Source: a virus
Lineage: Duplodnaviria > Caudoviricetes
DNA: 64,000 nucleotides
Virus record (IMG/VR): IMGVR_UViG_3300014202_000529
Coordinates: 1 to 64,000 of that record
Direction: 5' to 3' (one strand)
Numbering within the stretch: the first letter of the stretch is position 1; each line of letters starts with the position of its first letter. Position numbers and translations under genes: made by a program. Positions 50,576-58,439 of this stretch are shown in pieces. The notes under the pieces were generated by a model that was not told the DNA's origin, ran no database searches, and saw only the letters and a list, made by a program, of their open reading frames with translations.

Positions 50576-50791
50576 CTACTTAGGTTGTGGAATTTCTCTA
50601 CCTGCTTCTAATTCAGCTTCCACCCAGGATTTTGCAACCTCGTTTAGATTATCGAATGCTTCTTGTGCAGTTTCACCTTGAGCAAAACATCCCTCGAATT
50701 CAGAAATGAATGAGAAATACCCACCTTCCTCTTCTGGCACTATCACTCGTCCATACGGTCTTTTTAGAATCTCGTCCACTATCTGATTCAT
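50576..50791 (-). CDS. hicB: HicB-like antitoxin (N-terminal domain only)
   Basis: EEEGGY.....EFEGCFAQGET.QEA..NL.E...W......GREIP.P; no hicA nearby. Confidence 0.85.
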   Translation of the reverse strand: MNQIVDEILKRPYGRVIVPEEEGGYFSFISEFEGCFAQGETAQEAFDNLNEVAKSWVEAELEAGREIPQPK

Positions 50792-50807
50792 AACGTTACC
50801 CCAAATA

Positions 50808-50898
50808 TGGCGGAAGAGGGAAGACTTGAACTCCAATGCTAATGATAGCATCCCATCGCTTTCCAAGCGAGTCCGGCAGCCTCTCCGGTTCCTCTTCC
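50808..50898 (-). tRNA. tRNA-Ser(GGA)
   Basis: Loop TTGGAAA; long variable arm; CCA. Confidence 0.88.
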
Positions 50899-50915
50899 AT
50901 TAAACTTGTTCGGCA

Positions 50916-51039
50916 TTCATATAAGTCTTGTCCATCAAAATATATGTGACACATGTATATGAAAGCTGGGGGCAATTAATCTCAGGATCACTAAAATTAA
51001 TCACCCCCGTATGCCCGCTTCCTCACATGGAGGCCGGGT
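50916..51039 (-). ncRNA. three-hairpin spacer RNA, unknown function
   Basis: CCCG/CGGG; GGGGGTGATTAATTTTAG/CTGAGATTAATTGCCCCC; TTCATATA/TATATGAA. Confidence 0.45.
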
Positions 51040-51045
51040 CTGAAA

Positions 51046-51135
51046 TGGCGGAAGACAGAGGACTTGAACCCCATACCCTTTCGAGTACAATCCGCTTTCA
51101 AGGCGGTTGTGTTGACCCGCAACACTTTATCTTCC
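51046..51135 (-). tRNA. tRNA-Ser(TGA)
   Basis: Loop CTTGAAA; long variable arm; CCA. Confidence 0.9.
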
Positions 51136-51141
51136 ATATTA

Positions 51142-51216
51142 TGGTGCTCCTACTGGGTATCGATCCCAGTCTTCTAGATTGAGAATCTAGCGACCTAGCC
51201 AGTAGTCTATAGGAGC
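51142..51216 (-). tRNA. tRNA-Glu(CTC)
   Basis: CTAGA-TTCTCAA-TCTAG; CCA. Confidence 0.92.
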
Positions 51217-51220
51217 TATG

Positions 51221-51295
51221 TGGTGGACCGCCGCGGTATTGCGCCGCGTTCCTCCGGTTAAGAGCCGGGAGCTTCACTATTAAAGCTTGCAGTCC
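51221..51295 (-). tRNA. tRNA-Lys(CTT)
   Basis: Loop CTCTTAA; T-loop CGCAATA; CCA. Confidence 0.88.
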
Positions 51296-51325
51296 GTATT
51301 TATTTTAATAATTTAATAGTCAACC

Positions 51326-53161
51326 TTAATGAAAACAAATATATTCTCGTTGAGCATTTGCTGACATTTGCCACCACATTCCTAGTCCACATTGGGTTGC
51401 GCTAGCTGCATCATTAATGAACTCAAATTTCGATGCTTCTATTTCGAAATTATTTGTGCAAATATCATCCGAACAACTTGTCTCAAAATCTACAACAGAT
51501 TTAAACCCAAAGGATCGATACATTATAGGCAAGTGACCATTTGATACTATAAACCTATTCTTTCGTATAGTTTGTGCCCCAACGTTCAACTTATTTGGAA
51601 GATAGAGTGCCGCGTATTCTGCACCAGGGGTATCAAGTCCTCCACAATTTATAAATATATTTTCCTCAATTATATGATTGGAATTTGTAAAGTTACTAGC
51701 ATTAAATGATATGCATGGACTGGTTGTATTGTTTAGAAAAATATTCCGCTTAACAATATTGCCCTGTGAAGGTCCAGCATATCCCTGAAACTCAAGAACT
51801 TGTGAAATATTCTTCTTGGTAAGAAAAATCCCACCAATTCTTTGATTGGTGAATAAATTACCCTCAAGAAGATTTCCATTTCCATTAAACTGTGCGCGTA
51901 CAGTCATATTGACTATTTTATTATTCCGAAACACATTACCTGTTGCTGCATTTAATCTAGAACCATCAATACCAAATGGACGACAATATTCAACAAACCA
52001 CCGACATGTAAATACTGTGTTTGATACAACATTATTTCTAATCGTTGTTGTTCCGCGAAGTGCCTCCACACTAAATCCAGTGTGTTGCCAATCAATAATA
52101 ATTAGATCATGAAACGAGTTATCATGCGACCCTTCAGAGAGAAGAATTCCATCACCAGTTACTCCATTGAATTCGTGTGCGTAGCCGGCGATTGATTCGG
52201 GTAGTCTTGGATCGATATTACAATTAAAAATTTCAATATTCCTTGATTCTGTACCTGTCCCTCTGCCGGTTGAATCTGTGATATACACCCCACGATGGGA
52301 CCATCGCCCAATTTCACAGTCATTTGTTGTTTTTAATCCAAAAATCCGTATATCTGTCGCGCCTAAAATATAAACAGAACCAAGTCCACCACCACCAACA
52401 TTTGGATTTATAATATCAAAAAACTTATTATTTGCCCTCATAAAACAAAGGGCAGAAAACGAACAGGGTACATTGGTAGATGAGAGAGTTTTAACCACCA
52501 TCAATTTTATTGATGGATTTGATGTCGATGGTAAATATAATCGTTTATTGGGGGCATCAAACCACCATCCGCGAACCGGACCATTTGGTGTTGAGGATTG
52601 ACCCAAGAGAGACTTTACCTCAGACTGCATATGTTCAATGTCATTTAACCACACTCTTTTTGGTGGGTTAATATACGATGGTAGAGAAAGGTACCAAACA
52701 CCTTCACTTTCTTTTACCCAGTTGGCAGCCTGCAGCGCCTCGGTTAAAATTGTTTGATTAAGAATTCTACCTGGATTTCTGGGACAATCGAAACGAATTG
52801 TAATATGTCTGTCCGGCGTACCGGATGCAGAGGGTCCGACTAGAAATCCAGTAGTATGTAACCCACACACATAGACTGTATCCCCGGCATCAATTCCTGT
52901 TACTGGAGTCCAATTCAACCCACTGTCGGTTGAATTGAATGCACCACTCCCCCCCAATGATTCTGCGCATTCATATGAGAGTCCATTACCGTTAATGGAA
53001 CACTCTACTTTTGGTCTCACATACCACGTATTGTTGGCTTCAGACCCAACCAATGCTGGTGCTGGCGGATTAAGTGGGGTCCAAGATGCCCCCATAACTG
53101 TATATTGAACAAGAAACAATGATGAGGTTATTATTAAAAATAATATTGACAATAATTTCAT
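51326..53161 (-). CDS. exported parallel beta-helix (pectate lyase-like) protein
   Basis: Hydrophobic N-terminus (MKLLSILFLII...); WYVRP...GNG.SY, AGDTVYVCG and repeated N-x-(I/F)-x-x-N turns. Confidence 0.75.
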   Translation of the reverse strand: MKLLSILFLIITSSLFLVQYTVMGASWTPLNPPAPALVGSEANNTWYVRPKVECSINGNGLSYECAESLGGSGAFNSTDSGLNWTPVTGIDAGDTVYVCGLHTTGFLVGPSASGTPDRHITIRFDCPRNPGRILNQTILTEALQAANWVKESEGVWYLSLPSYINPPKRVWLNDIEHMQSEVKSLLGQSSTPNGPVRGWWFDAPNKRLYLPSTSNPSIKLMVVKTLSSTNVPCSFSALCFMRANNKFFDIINPNVGGGGLGSVYILGATDIRIFGLKTTNDCEIGRWSHRGVYITDSTGRGTGTESRNIEIFNCNIDPRLPESIAGYAHEFNGVTGDGILLSEGSHDNSFHDLIIIDWQHTGFSVEALRGTTTIRNNVVSNTVFTCRWFVEYCRPFGIDGSRLNAATGNVFRNNKIVNMTVRAQFNGNGNLLEGNLFTNQRIGGIFLTKKNISQVLEFQGYAGPSQGNIVKRNIFLNNTTSPCISFNASNFTNSNHIIEENIFINCGGLDTPGAEYAALYLPNKLNVGAQTIRKNRFIVSNGHLPIMYRSFGFKSVVDFETSCSDDICTNNFEIEASKFEFINDAASATQCGLGMWWQMSANAQREYICFH

Positions 53162-53172
53162 AATTGATACCG

Positions 53173-53250
53173 TGGTGTCCCCGGTTGGATTTAAACCAAC
53201 GATCTCCACCTTCGCAGGGTGGCGTGATATTCGGGCTTCACTACAGGGAC
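53173..53250 (-). tRNA. tRNA-Arg(GCG)
   Basis: CCACC-CTGCGAA-GGTGG; CCA. Confidence 0.88.
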
Positions 53251-53256
53251 GTTAAT

Positions 53257-53353
53257 TGGTGCACCCCCAGTCCTTTAGGGACCATTATATCATCCAACAG
53301 ATTTAGCTCTATCTGTCTATGATGTTTCTTCACCCGCGTCCAGGTGAGGGTGC
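53257..53353 (-). ncRNA. non-canonical tRNA-like RNA with CCA end
   Basis: GCACCCT/GGGGTGC+ACCA acceptor stem and three internal hairpins; no TTC loop and no 7-nt anticodon loop. Confidence 0.65.
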
Positions 53354-53359
53354 TCTATT

Positions 53360-53434
53360 TGGTGCACGGTATAGGTACTGCCCCTATCTTGTCTCGCTTG
53401 TAAGGCGAGTGCATTCCTTCCCTGCCCACCGTGC
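53360..53434 (-). tRNA. tRNA-Val(TAC)
   Basis: CTCGC-CTTACAA-GCGAG; T-loop GGCAGTA; CCA. Confidence 0.88.
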
Positions 53435-53435
53435 G

Positions 53436-53645
53436 TTAGTCGATAATTCTATGGTCTTCGTATATGTCAATTGCTTGCTTTAACTGCTTTCTAATCTCTC
53501 TTGTATTACCTTTTTCAGCAAGCAACTCAATCTCAAGCTTATGTATGCGCTTCATCAACTTCATGCATCCAGGAATAGCTTCTTGTTCACAAGCAATAAG
53601 TTCCTGTCTATGCCGTTTTCCTAGCTTCATCCAATCACTAGACAT
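53436..53645 (-). CDS. hypothetical protein
   Basis: GGAG RBS; MSSDWMKLGK...; fills the gap between two tRNAs. Confidence 0.6.
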   Translation of the reverse strand: MSSDWMKLGKRHRQELIACEQEAIPGCMKLMKRIHKLEIELLAEKGNTREIRKQLKQAIDIYEDHRIID

Positions 53646-53657
53646 AATACTCCACAA

Positions 53658-53734
53658 TGGAGCCGCTTGTTGGACTTGCACCAACCATCTCCACTTTACC
53701 AAAGTGGCGTGTCAACTACCTCTACTTAAGCGGC
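53658..53734 (-). tRNA. tRNA-Thr(GGT)
   Basis: CCACT-TTGGTAA-AGTGG; CCA. Confidence 0.88.
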
Positions 53735-53741
53735 GTAAACT

Positions 53742-53749
53742 TATTTATA
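53742..53749 (-). promoter_or_regulatory. T4-type late promoter inside the tRNA array
   Basis: Exact TATAAATA just upstream of tRNA-Thr(GGT). Confidence 0.6.
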
Positions 53750-53751
53750 AA

Positions 53752-54063
53752 ATAGGACAACATGTAAGCGGCGTTCTGTTTACAATCATCATTTCTCTAG
53801 GAGTATCATTACTGATACCCTCAAGCTGCCTACCCGCGAGTTTTGTACGAGCAGTACACTCGCCTATTTGGCATTGCACCAGGTAGAGATTGCCCGTTTC
53901 ACTTCCTCATCATCGAGGAGCGATGAACCCCCTCATTGATGATGATTACTCGTCTCTGTAGCTCTAATCATCAGGTTACCCTGTGTGGTCGTTAACCACT
54001 ACCATGCTCTAGGTGCGCCGACTTTCCTCTAGCTGTGTGCTAGCGATGATTCTGTTGTCCTAT
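53752..54063 (-). ncRNA. rnpB: RNase P RNA
   Basis: P1 ATAGGACAACA/TGTTGTCCTAT; GAGGAAAGTC, ACAGAGAC, GTGAAACGG and AACAGAACGCCGCTTA conserved regions in the expected order. Confidence 0.93.
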
Positions 54064-54077
54064 AATCTCCTTTCATG

Positions 54078-54154
54078 TGGTACCTGGGGTGGGACTCGAA
54101 CCCACAGGAATCTGTTTTTGAGACAGACATGTTTGCCAATTACATCACCCAGGC
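54078..54154 (-). tRNA. tRNA-Leu(CAA), no long variable arm
   Basis: TCTGT-CTCAAAA-ACAGA; CCA. Confidence 0.9.
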
Positions 54155-54336
54155 AATTTTTCTAATACCTTATTCCCCATAATTAAGTTTGCATCAAGAA
54201 CCCTAAGCTCACTTGCGACATTAAATGCGACCACCCAATCTTCCTGAGTCACCGCTTCCTGCAATTCAGATTTTAACCGTTCTCGATTTTCTTCTAGGAT
54301 GTTCACTGCAACTTCAAATGCTCTCCGTTCTGTCAT
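54145..54336 (-). CDS. hypothetical protein
   Basis: MTERRAFEV...; stop codon lies inside tRNA-Leu(CAA). Confidence 0.6.
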   Translation of the reverse strand: MTERRAFEVAVNILEENRERLKSELQEAVTQEDWVVAFNVASELRVLDANLIMGNKVLEKLPG

Positions 54337-54337
54337 A

Positions 54338-54733
54338 TTATACCCCCACAGAAGACTGAATAGCAATGCCAAACATTTTGTGGTGCTGATCAATATAATA
54401 GTTGTTATACTTAGGGACCCCAGATTTACCCGAAGGTCCATCAGCATATTCCATCTCTACTGTTAGAAATGCCCCTTCGGATAACCTCTTAAATTGCATT
54501 TCGGCATTATACTTATAAGTTTGTCTCAATTCGTAGGGGATTCCTAGAGTGTCAAAGAGTATCCTATTTCTCATCCCGCGCTTTGGACAAACGATATGTA
54601 ATTCACCAGGTAACCAATAATCACCCGCTGTGCAACTGTAAGGTCTCACATACCAATGAGTCTGGACCGCTATACAATTCTTGAACATGTGTGTAGAACC
54701 ACAACCACATTGAAATCTTTTGTTCTTGTACAT
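54338..54733 (-). CDS. Cys-containing hypothetical protein
   Basis: GAGG RBS; WYVRPYSCTAGDYW motif. Confidence 0.7.
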   Translation of the reverse strand: MYKNKRFQCGCGSTHMFKNCIAVQTHWYVRPYSCTAGDYWLPGELHIVCPKRGMRNRILFDTLGIPYELRQTYKYNAEMQFKRLSEGAFLTVEMEYADGPSGKSGVPKYNNYYIDQHHKMFGIAIQSSVGV

Positions 54734-54749
54734 ATGTCCTCATAATATA

Positions 54750-54828
54750 TGGTGCCGTGGGTGGGAGTCGAACCCACAAGCGAATCGTTTTAAGCGACCC
54801 AGGTATGCCAAATTCCCTTCACCACGGC
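54750..54828 (-). tRNA. tRNA-Leu(TAA), no long variable arm
   Basis: GGTCG-CTTAAAA-CGATT; CCA. Confidence 0.9.
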
Positions 54829-54829
54829 A

Positions 54830-54904
54830 TGGAGCCCAAGTCCAGATTTGCGCTGGATCTTACAGTTTACGAAACTATCGTGCCACTATCAACACTTCAT
54901 GGGC
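54830..54904 (-). tRNA. tRNA-Thr(CGT)
   Basis: ATAGT-TTCGTAA-ACTGT; CCA. Confidence 0.85.
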
Positions 54905-54909
54905 ATATA

Positions 54910-54984
54910 TGGTGGGTTGGCTAGGTACTGCCCCTAGTTCCTCCGGTTAAAAGCCGGGAGCTTCACTTACAAAGCTTACAACCC
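54910..54984 (-). tRNA. tRNA-Lys(TTT)
   Basis: Loop CTTTTAA; T-loop GGCAGTA; CCA. Confidence 0.88.
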
Positions 54985-54991
54985 AAAATCG

Positions 54992-55122
54992 CTTGCATTG
55001 CTACCGTTACAACAAAAAGACTGTTACCCACTGTCTCTGATGCATGCAGGGATTCTTCCTCTCTAGAATCAGAAGAATCTATCGTGGATACCGTCTTCTA
55101 CGGAGTTGAACCGTTCCGCAAG
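54992..55122 (-). ncRNA. circularly permuted tRNA-like RNA A
   Basis: CTTGC-GGA-ACGG TTCAACT CCGT-AGAAGAC...GTCTTTT-TG-TTGT AACGGTA GCAA-T-GCAAG. Confidence 0.7.
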
Positions 55123-55141
55123 TCAAAAATATTTCTTACGA

Positions 55142-55217
55142 TGGAGCGGGCTATGGGAATTGCACCCATACGTCCAGGTTGGAAGCCTAGCATGCTGCTG
55201 TTGAACATCAAGCCCGC
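55142..55217 (-). tRNA. tRNA-Gly(TCC)
   Basis: CTAGG-CTTCCAA-CCTGG; CCA. Confidence 0.9.
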
Positions 55218-55228
55218 ATATGATCGGA

Positions 55229-55257
55229 ATTTTAACACATCACCCTACGTCTGTCAA
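55229..55257 (-). promoter_or_regulatory. sigma70-type promoter
   Basis: TTGACA-17-TAAAAT with TGTG extended -10. Confidence 0.75.
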
Positions 55258-55275
55258 TACTATATCGCCAGTTTT

Positions 55276-55350
55276 TGGAGCGGATGGTGGGAGTCGAACC
55301 CACGTGATCTTCCTTGGCAAGGAAGCACATAACCGTTCTGTCACATCCGC
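55276..55350 (-). tRNA. tRNA-Gly(GCC)
   Basis: CTTCC-TTGCCAA-GGAAG; CCA. Confidence 0.92.
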
Positions 55351-55352
55351 AA

Positions 55353-56375
55353 TTAAACTTGATTAATGTGTCTCATGAACTTCTTCGTCTCAACCCACCA
55401 AGGCATATTCTCATCCCAGTCTACCACATCCCAACTACCAGTCCAAATTATCACACCATCTGCAATCTCATGAAGGACTTGAAGCTGCAATGCCCAAAAT
55501 TCCGGTTCAACTAACCTTAACCCATTAGGGGGTGGAAGAGAATTGTGATACCTTGGCCATATAAAAGGATATATGGGTTTATCACCTGCATATCTCCTGG
55601 CTTCTTTAATATTTTCTACCGCGTATCGAACCCAACTATCCCAAGGGTCATTTCTTAGTACATACAAGGATGGTGCAAGAAAACTGACTTTATCCACTAC
55701 AGACTGAACGAGTGCGTTTTCTGACTGCCACCTATTGTATCCACTCACTCTTCGTATTGCTCGATCATAATCCCGACGAGGCAAAAACCCATACATCCCC
55801 AAGTTCATGGTGGGTTTTATTTCCCGCATCCAATCAAAAACTTGGATATGATTCGCTCTCTGTTGCGCCCCAAACTCATCATCCGTATAAAACTGGTAAC
55901 TCTCAATGTCGGTGATAATTGGGGTGTCATCATCATACTGAAGTGCATTGTTTGCAATATTCTTAACTGTTCCCTCATGGGGAAGAGCTAAATGATCCGG
56001 TTGACCATTGAAAAATGTATTCTCGAAATAGATTCGCGCTCGTTTGATGCCATATAACCCCAAAAGATCCGGTTTATTCAGATAGGGGGTTGTGTCGAAA
56101 ATTCTAAACGGGTGCGTTTTAAGTTTTTTTCGGGTCTGTCGGACATCTTGCTCTAAGCTTCTGTCCCACCCCGTACCGTTCCACCGATATATTTTACCAT
56201 CCCGTTGATCGATCCGATGAACCCCTGTGTGTCCTGGGGTTAGGTTTTCTATTTCTCTGTCGCCATATTGATATGCTGCAGTCCAATTTGTCAGTACCGT
56301 TGGATCATTATTCGCTTTCAACCAAAGAACTTTATCATTAGAGTGATAAAATAACTCCCCGTTCCACCTAGACAT
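55353..56375 (-). CDS. putative glycoside hydrolase (hyaluronidase/GH56-like barrel)
   Basis: I.DIE, G.YG..P, FLAPSLY, KPIYPFIWP.YH and ADGVIIW motifs. Confidence 0.6.
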   Translation of the reverse strand: MSRWNGELFYHSNDKVLWLKANNDPTVLTNWTAAYQYGDREIENLTPGHTGVHRIDQRDGKIYRWNGTGWDRSLEQDVRQTRKKLKTHPFRIFDTTPYLNKPDLLGLYGIKRARIYFENTFFNGQPDHLALPHEGTVKNIANNALQYDDDTPIITDIESYQFYTDDEFGAQQRANHIQVFDWMREIKPTMNLGMYGFLPRRDYDRAIRRVSGYNRWQSENALVQSVVDKVSFLAPSLYVLRNDPWDSWVRYAVENIKEARRYAGDKPIYPFIWPRYHNSLPPPNGLRLVEPEFWALQLQVLHEIADGVIIWTGSWDVVDWDENMPWWVETKKFMRHINQV

Positions 56376-56525
56376 GTTACTTCTTACACTCTGAGCAAGG
56401 GTACCAGTATCCTATTGTACCATTGACGCAAAGATGAGCATTCATATGATCGAACTCCGCCTCCTTGCGCGATGGCGATTTCTTTTTAGTATTCCTGCTC
56501 ACATGAACCTCCATAATATAATAAA

Positions 56526-56600
56526 TGGTGCGAGGTCGGAGAATCGAACTCCGGTGTCAGGCTCTTCAGGCCCGCGCTTTGCCAACTAAGCTAACCCCGC
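56526..56600 (-). tRNA. tRNA-Phe(GAA)
   Basis: CGGGC-CTGAAGA-GCCTG; CCA. Confidence 0.92.
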
Positions 56601-56604
56601 ATAA

Positions 56605-56682
56605 TGGCTCCGGTCCCAGGGATCGAACCTGGCTCATTCCGCATTAACAGTGCGGCGCACTCACCCTGAGTGCTAGACCGGA
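56605..56682 (-). tRNA. tRNA-Asn(GTT)
   Basis: CCGCA-CTGTTAA-TGCGG; CCA. Confidence 0.92.
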
Positions 56683-56700
56683 ATAATCTCTATTCAATTT

Positions 56701-56776
56701 TGGTAGGGACACCTGGGCTTGAACCAAGTCTTAAGGTTTCAGAGACCTTCGTGCTCCCAATTACACCATATCCCCA
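56701..56776 (-). tRNA. tRNA-Gln(CTG)
   Basis: AAGGT-CTCTGAA-ACCTT; CCA. Confidence 0.9.
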
Positions 56777-56779
56777 CTA

Positions 56780-57091
56780 CTATCGTGCATGTTTAGGTAA
56801 TATTTCAGGGAAATACCTAGGGCACAAATAAACCATCAGTATCACAACAATAATACTAGAACCCCCCAAACCAAAGACCACGGACCAATCCCAATCCAAC
56901 CCCCACCCTCTAATAGTGGTGAAAGTTATAGATTTTCCTATGATAACCCCCAGACCCAACCAAATAGCAAACCAAAGTAACCAATCAGAAACCATAGCAA
57001 CAAACATTCCACAAACAATAAACAATGCTCCCATAGTTTTCCCAACAACCCCAAATTCATCAAGCAACTCATTAAGTTGATTGTCATTCAT
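56780..57091 (-). CDS. membrane protein
   Basis: About three hydrophobic segments. Confidence 0.65.
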   Translation of the reverse strand: MNDNQLNELLDEFGVVGKTMGALFIVCGMFVAMVSDWLLWFAIWLGLGVIIGKSITFTTIRGWGLDWDWSVVFGLGGSSIIVVILMVYLCPRYFPEILPKHAR

Positions 57092-57608
57092 TACAAAGCT
57101 CCCCATTAAACCATTTAAAACGTAACTTAACTTCTTCTAGAGCAATGGGTTTATATTCGGTCTGCTCAACACAAACACACACATACCACGGATCATCTAG
57201 AACATTTGCATGTGTGTGACCATGAACATTTGCAACAAATCTTCCCTTACTCTCAGGATGCACTGGAATATGGGATAACAGCATCCTATCGAGAATGTGA
57301 TATCCTCGAATATCACGAAAATGCTTCAGGTAATCGGTGATCTTGAAGATATCATGATTACCCTTAATTAAAACCTTGTCACCATTCAATCGTTGCAAAA
57401 CCGCTAATGCTTTTCTAGCAATAACCACATCCCCCAGGTGATACACTTTATCATTCGGACGGACAACCTTGTTCCATTCCTGGATCATGTATTCATCCAT
57501 TTCCTCTGGTGAATCCCACGGTCTCAGTTTGGTACCGTCATTTCTGAGGAACTTACAGACCCCAGCATGACTAAAATGTGTATCGGCTGTAAGAAATATG
57601 TTACTCAT
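57084..57608 (-). CDS. calcineurin-like phosphoesterase
   Basis: ADTHFSH, YHLGD, KGNHD, LSHIP and HGHTH motifs. Confidence 0.9.
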   Translation of the reverse strand: MSNIFLTADTHFSHAGVCKFLRNDGTKLRPWDSPEEMDEYMIQEWNKVVRPNDKVYHLGDVVIARKALAVLQRLNGDKVLIKGNHDIFKITDYLKHFRDIRGYHILDRMLLSHIPVHPESKGRFVANVHGHTHANVLDDPWYVCVCVEQTEYKPIALEEVKLRFKWFNGELCNE

Positions 57609-57612
57609 AATA

Positions 57613-57686
57613 TGGCCGGGACACTCGGTAACGCTCCGAGTCCAACTGGTTCAAAGCCAGCTATGCTTCTTTTACACCATGTCCCA
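57613..57686 (-). tRNA. tRNA-Gln(TTG)
   Basis: GCTGG-CTTTGAA-CCAGT; T-loop AGCGTTA; CCA. Confidence 0.85.
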
Positions 57687-57972
57687 AAAACTGATCCAAT
57701 CCTTCTTTATTTGCGAGTCTCTTTAACGTTTCTGCATGACACCGTTTTGGTGCACAATGACACTTGAGATTCTTACCAACCAACGGATCTAACCAATTGG
57801 GGTCTTCTTTTAATCTCTTCGTTGCATACTCTTCAAACTCATCACATACTCTGTTGCGTTCCTCAAGAGTATCTATGGTCATTATGAAGGGGTTACCCCA
57901 AGGAGTTGATCGATCCACCAAGACCGCTCGACTCATGACTCCTTCAACATCTCTGATATGGTAAATCTTCAT
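57661..57972 (-). CDS. DUF4326 family protein
   Basis: R.TPWGNPF and L.GKNL.CHCAPKRCHA motifs; stop codon lies inside tRNA-Gln(TTG). Confidence 0.85.
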   Translation of the reverse strand: MKIYHIRDVEGVMSRAVLVDRSTPWGNPFIMTIDTLEERNRVCDEFEEYATKRLKEDPNWLDPLVGKNLKCHCAPKRCHAETLKRLANKEGLDQFLGHGVKEA

Positions 57973-57976
57973 AATA

Positions 57977-58066
57977 TGGCGGAAGATACAGGATTTGAAC
58001 CTGTGTGGGAGTTACCCCGCATTGTTTAGCAAACAAGCCCGTTTAGCCAGACTCCGGCAATCTTCC
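57977..58066 (-). tRNA. tRNA-Ser(GCT)
   Basis: Loop TTGCTAA; long variable arm; CCA. Confidence 0.9.
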
Positions 58067-58073
58067 TCGTCTA

Positions 58074-58148
58074 TGGAGTCGCCGATAGGACTCGAACCTA
58101 CATACAACTGCTTTGCAGGCAGCGACCTAGCCTTTCAGTCACGGCGAC
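58074..58148 (-). tRNA. tRNA-Cys(GCA)
   Basis: GCTGC-CTGCAAA-GCAGT; U73; CCA. Confidence 0.92.
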
Positions 58149-58153
58149 ATATA

Positions 58154-58229
58154 TGGCGCGCCCGATGGGTAACGATCCCACTTCATTCCTGATTGACAAT
58201 CAGGCGTCCATCCTACAGACTCCGAGCGC
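58154..58229 (-). tRNA. tRNA-Asp(GTC)
   Basis: CCTGA-TTGTCAA-TCAGG; G73; CCA. Confidence 0.88.
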
Positions 58230-58243
58230 ATTCTATTATTTTC

Positions 58244-58327
58244 TGGTGGACCATCAAGGAATCGAACCTTGTGGGAATTAACGACTGGTTTACAGCCAGC
58301 CCCGCCTCCATAACGGTCTAATGGTCC
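58244..58327 (-). tRNA. tRNA-Tyr(GTA)
   Basis: GCTGG-CTGTAAA-CCAGT; CCA. Confidence 0.88.
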
Positions 58328-58335
58328 ATAAATCT

Positions 58336-58425
58336 TGGGTGCCTAGGTCCCCGGTTATTTCCAGACTGGGGGGACTCCACGAATGTCTGGCCAGATGTTC
58401 CCATGTCAACACCCTGGGGAACCCG
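58336..58425 (-). ncRNA. pseudoknot-rich RNA, unknown function
   Basis: GTTCCC/GGGAAC and CCAGAC/GTCTGG stems with loop pairings GTCCCC/GGGGAC and GGGTG/CACCC; directly downstream of a promoter. Confidence 0.55.
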
Positions 58426-58439
58426 CGACTCTATTTCAG

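Noticed and set aside
51013-51039. SRP RNA
   Set aside because: GGAAGC resembles part of helix 8, but the CAGG/GNRA/AGCAG arrangement is absent.
53257-53353. Amber suppressor tRNA or TAG recoding (CTA in the loop)
   Set aside because: The loop is 8 nt without canonical geometry; TAG ends several genes normally and long ORFs are intact in the standard code.
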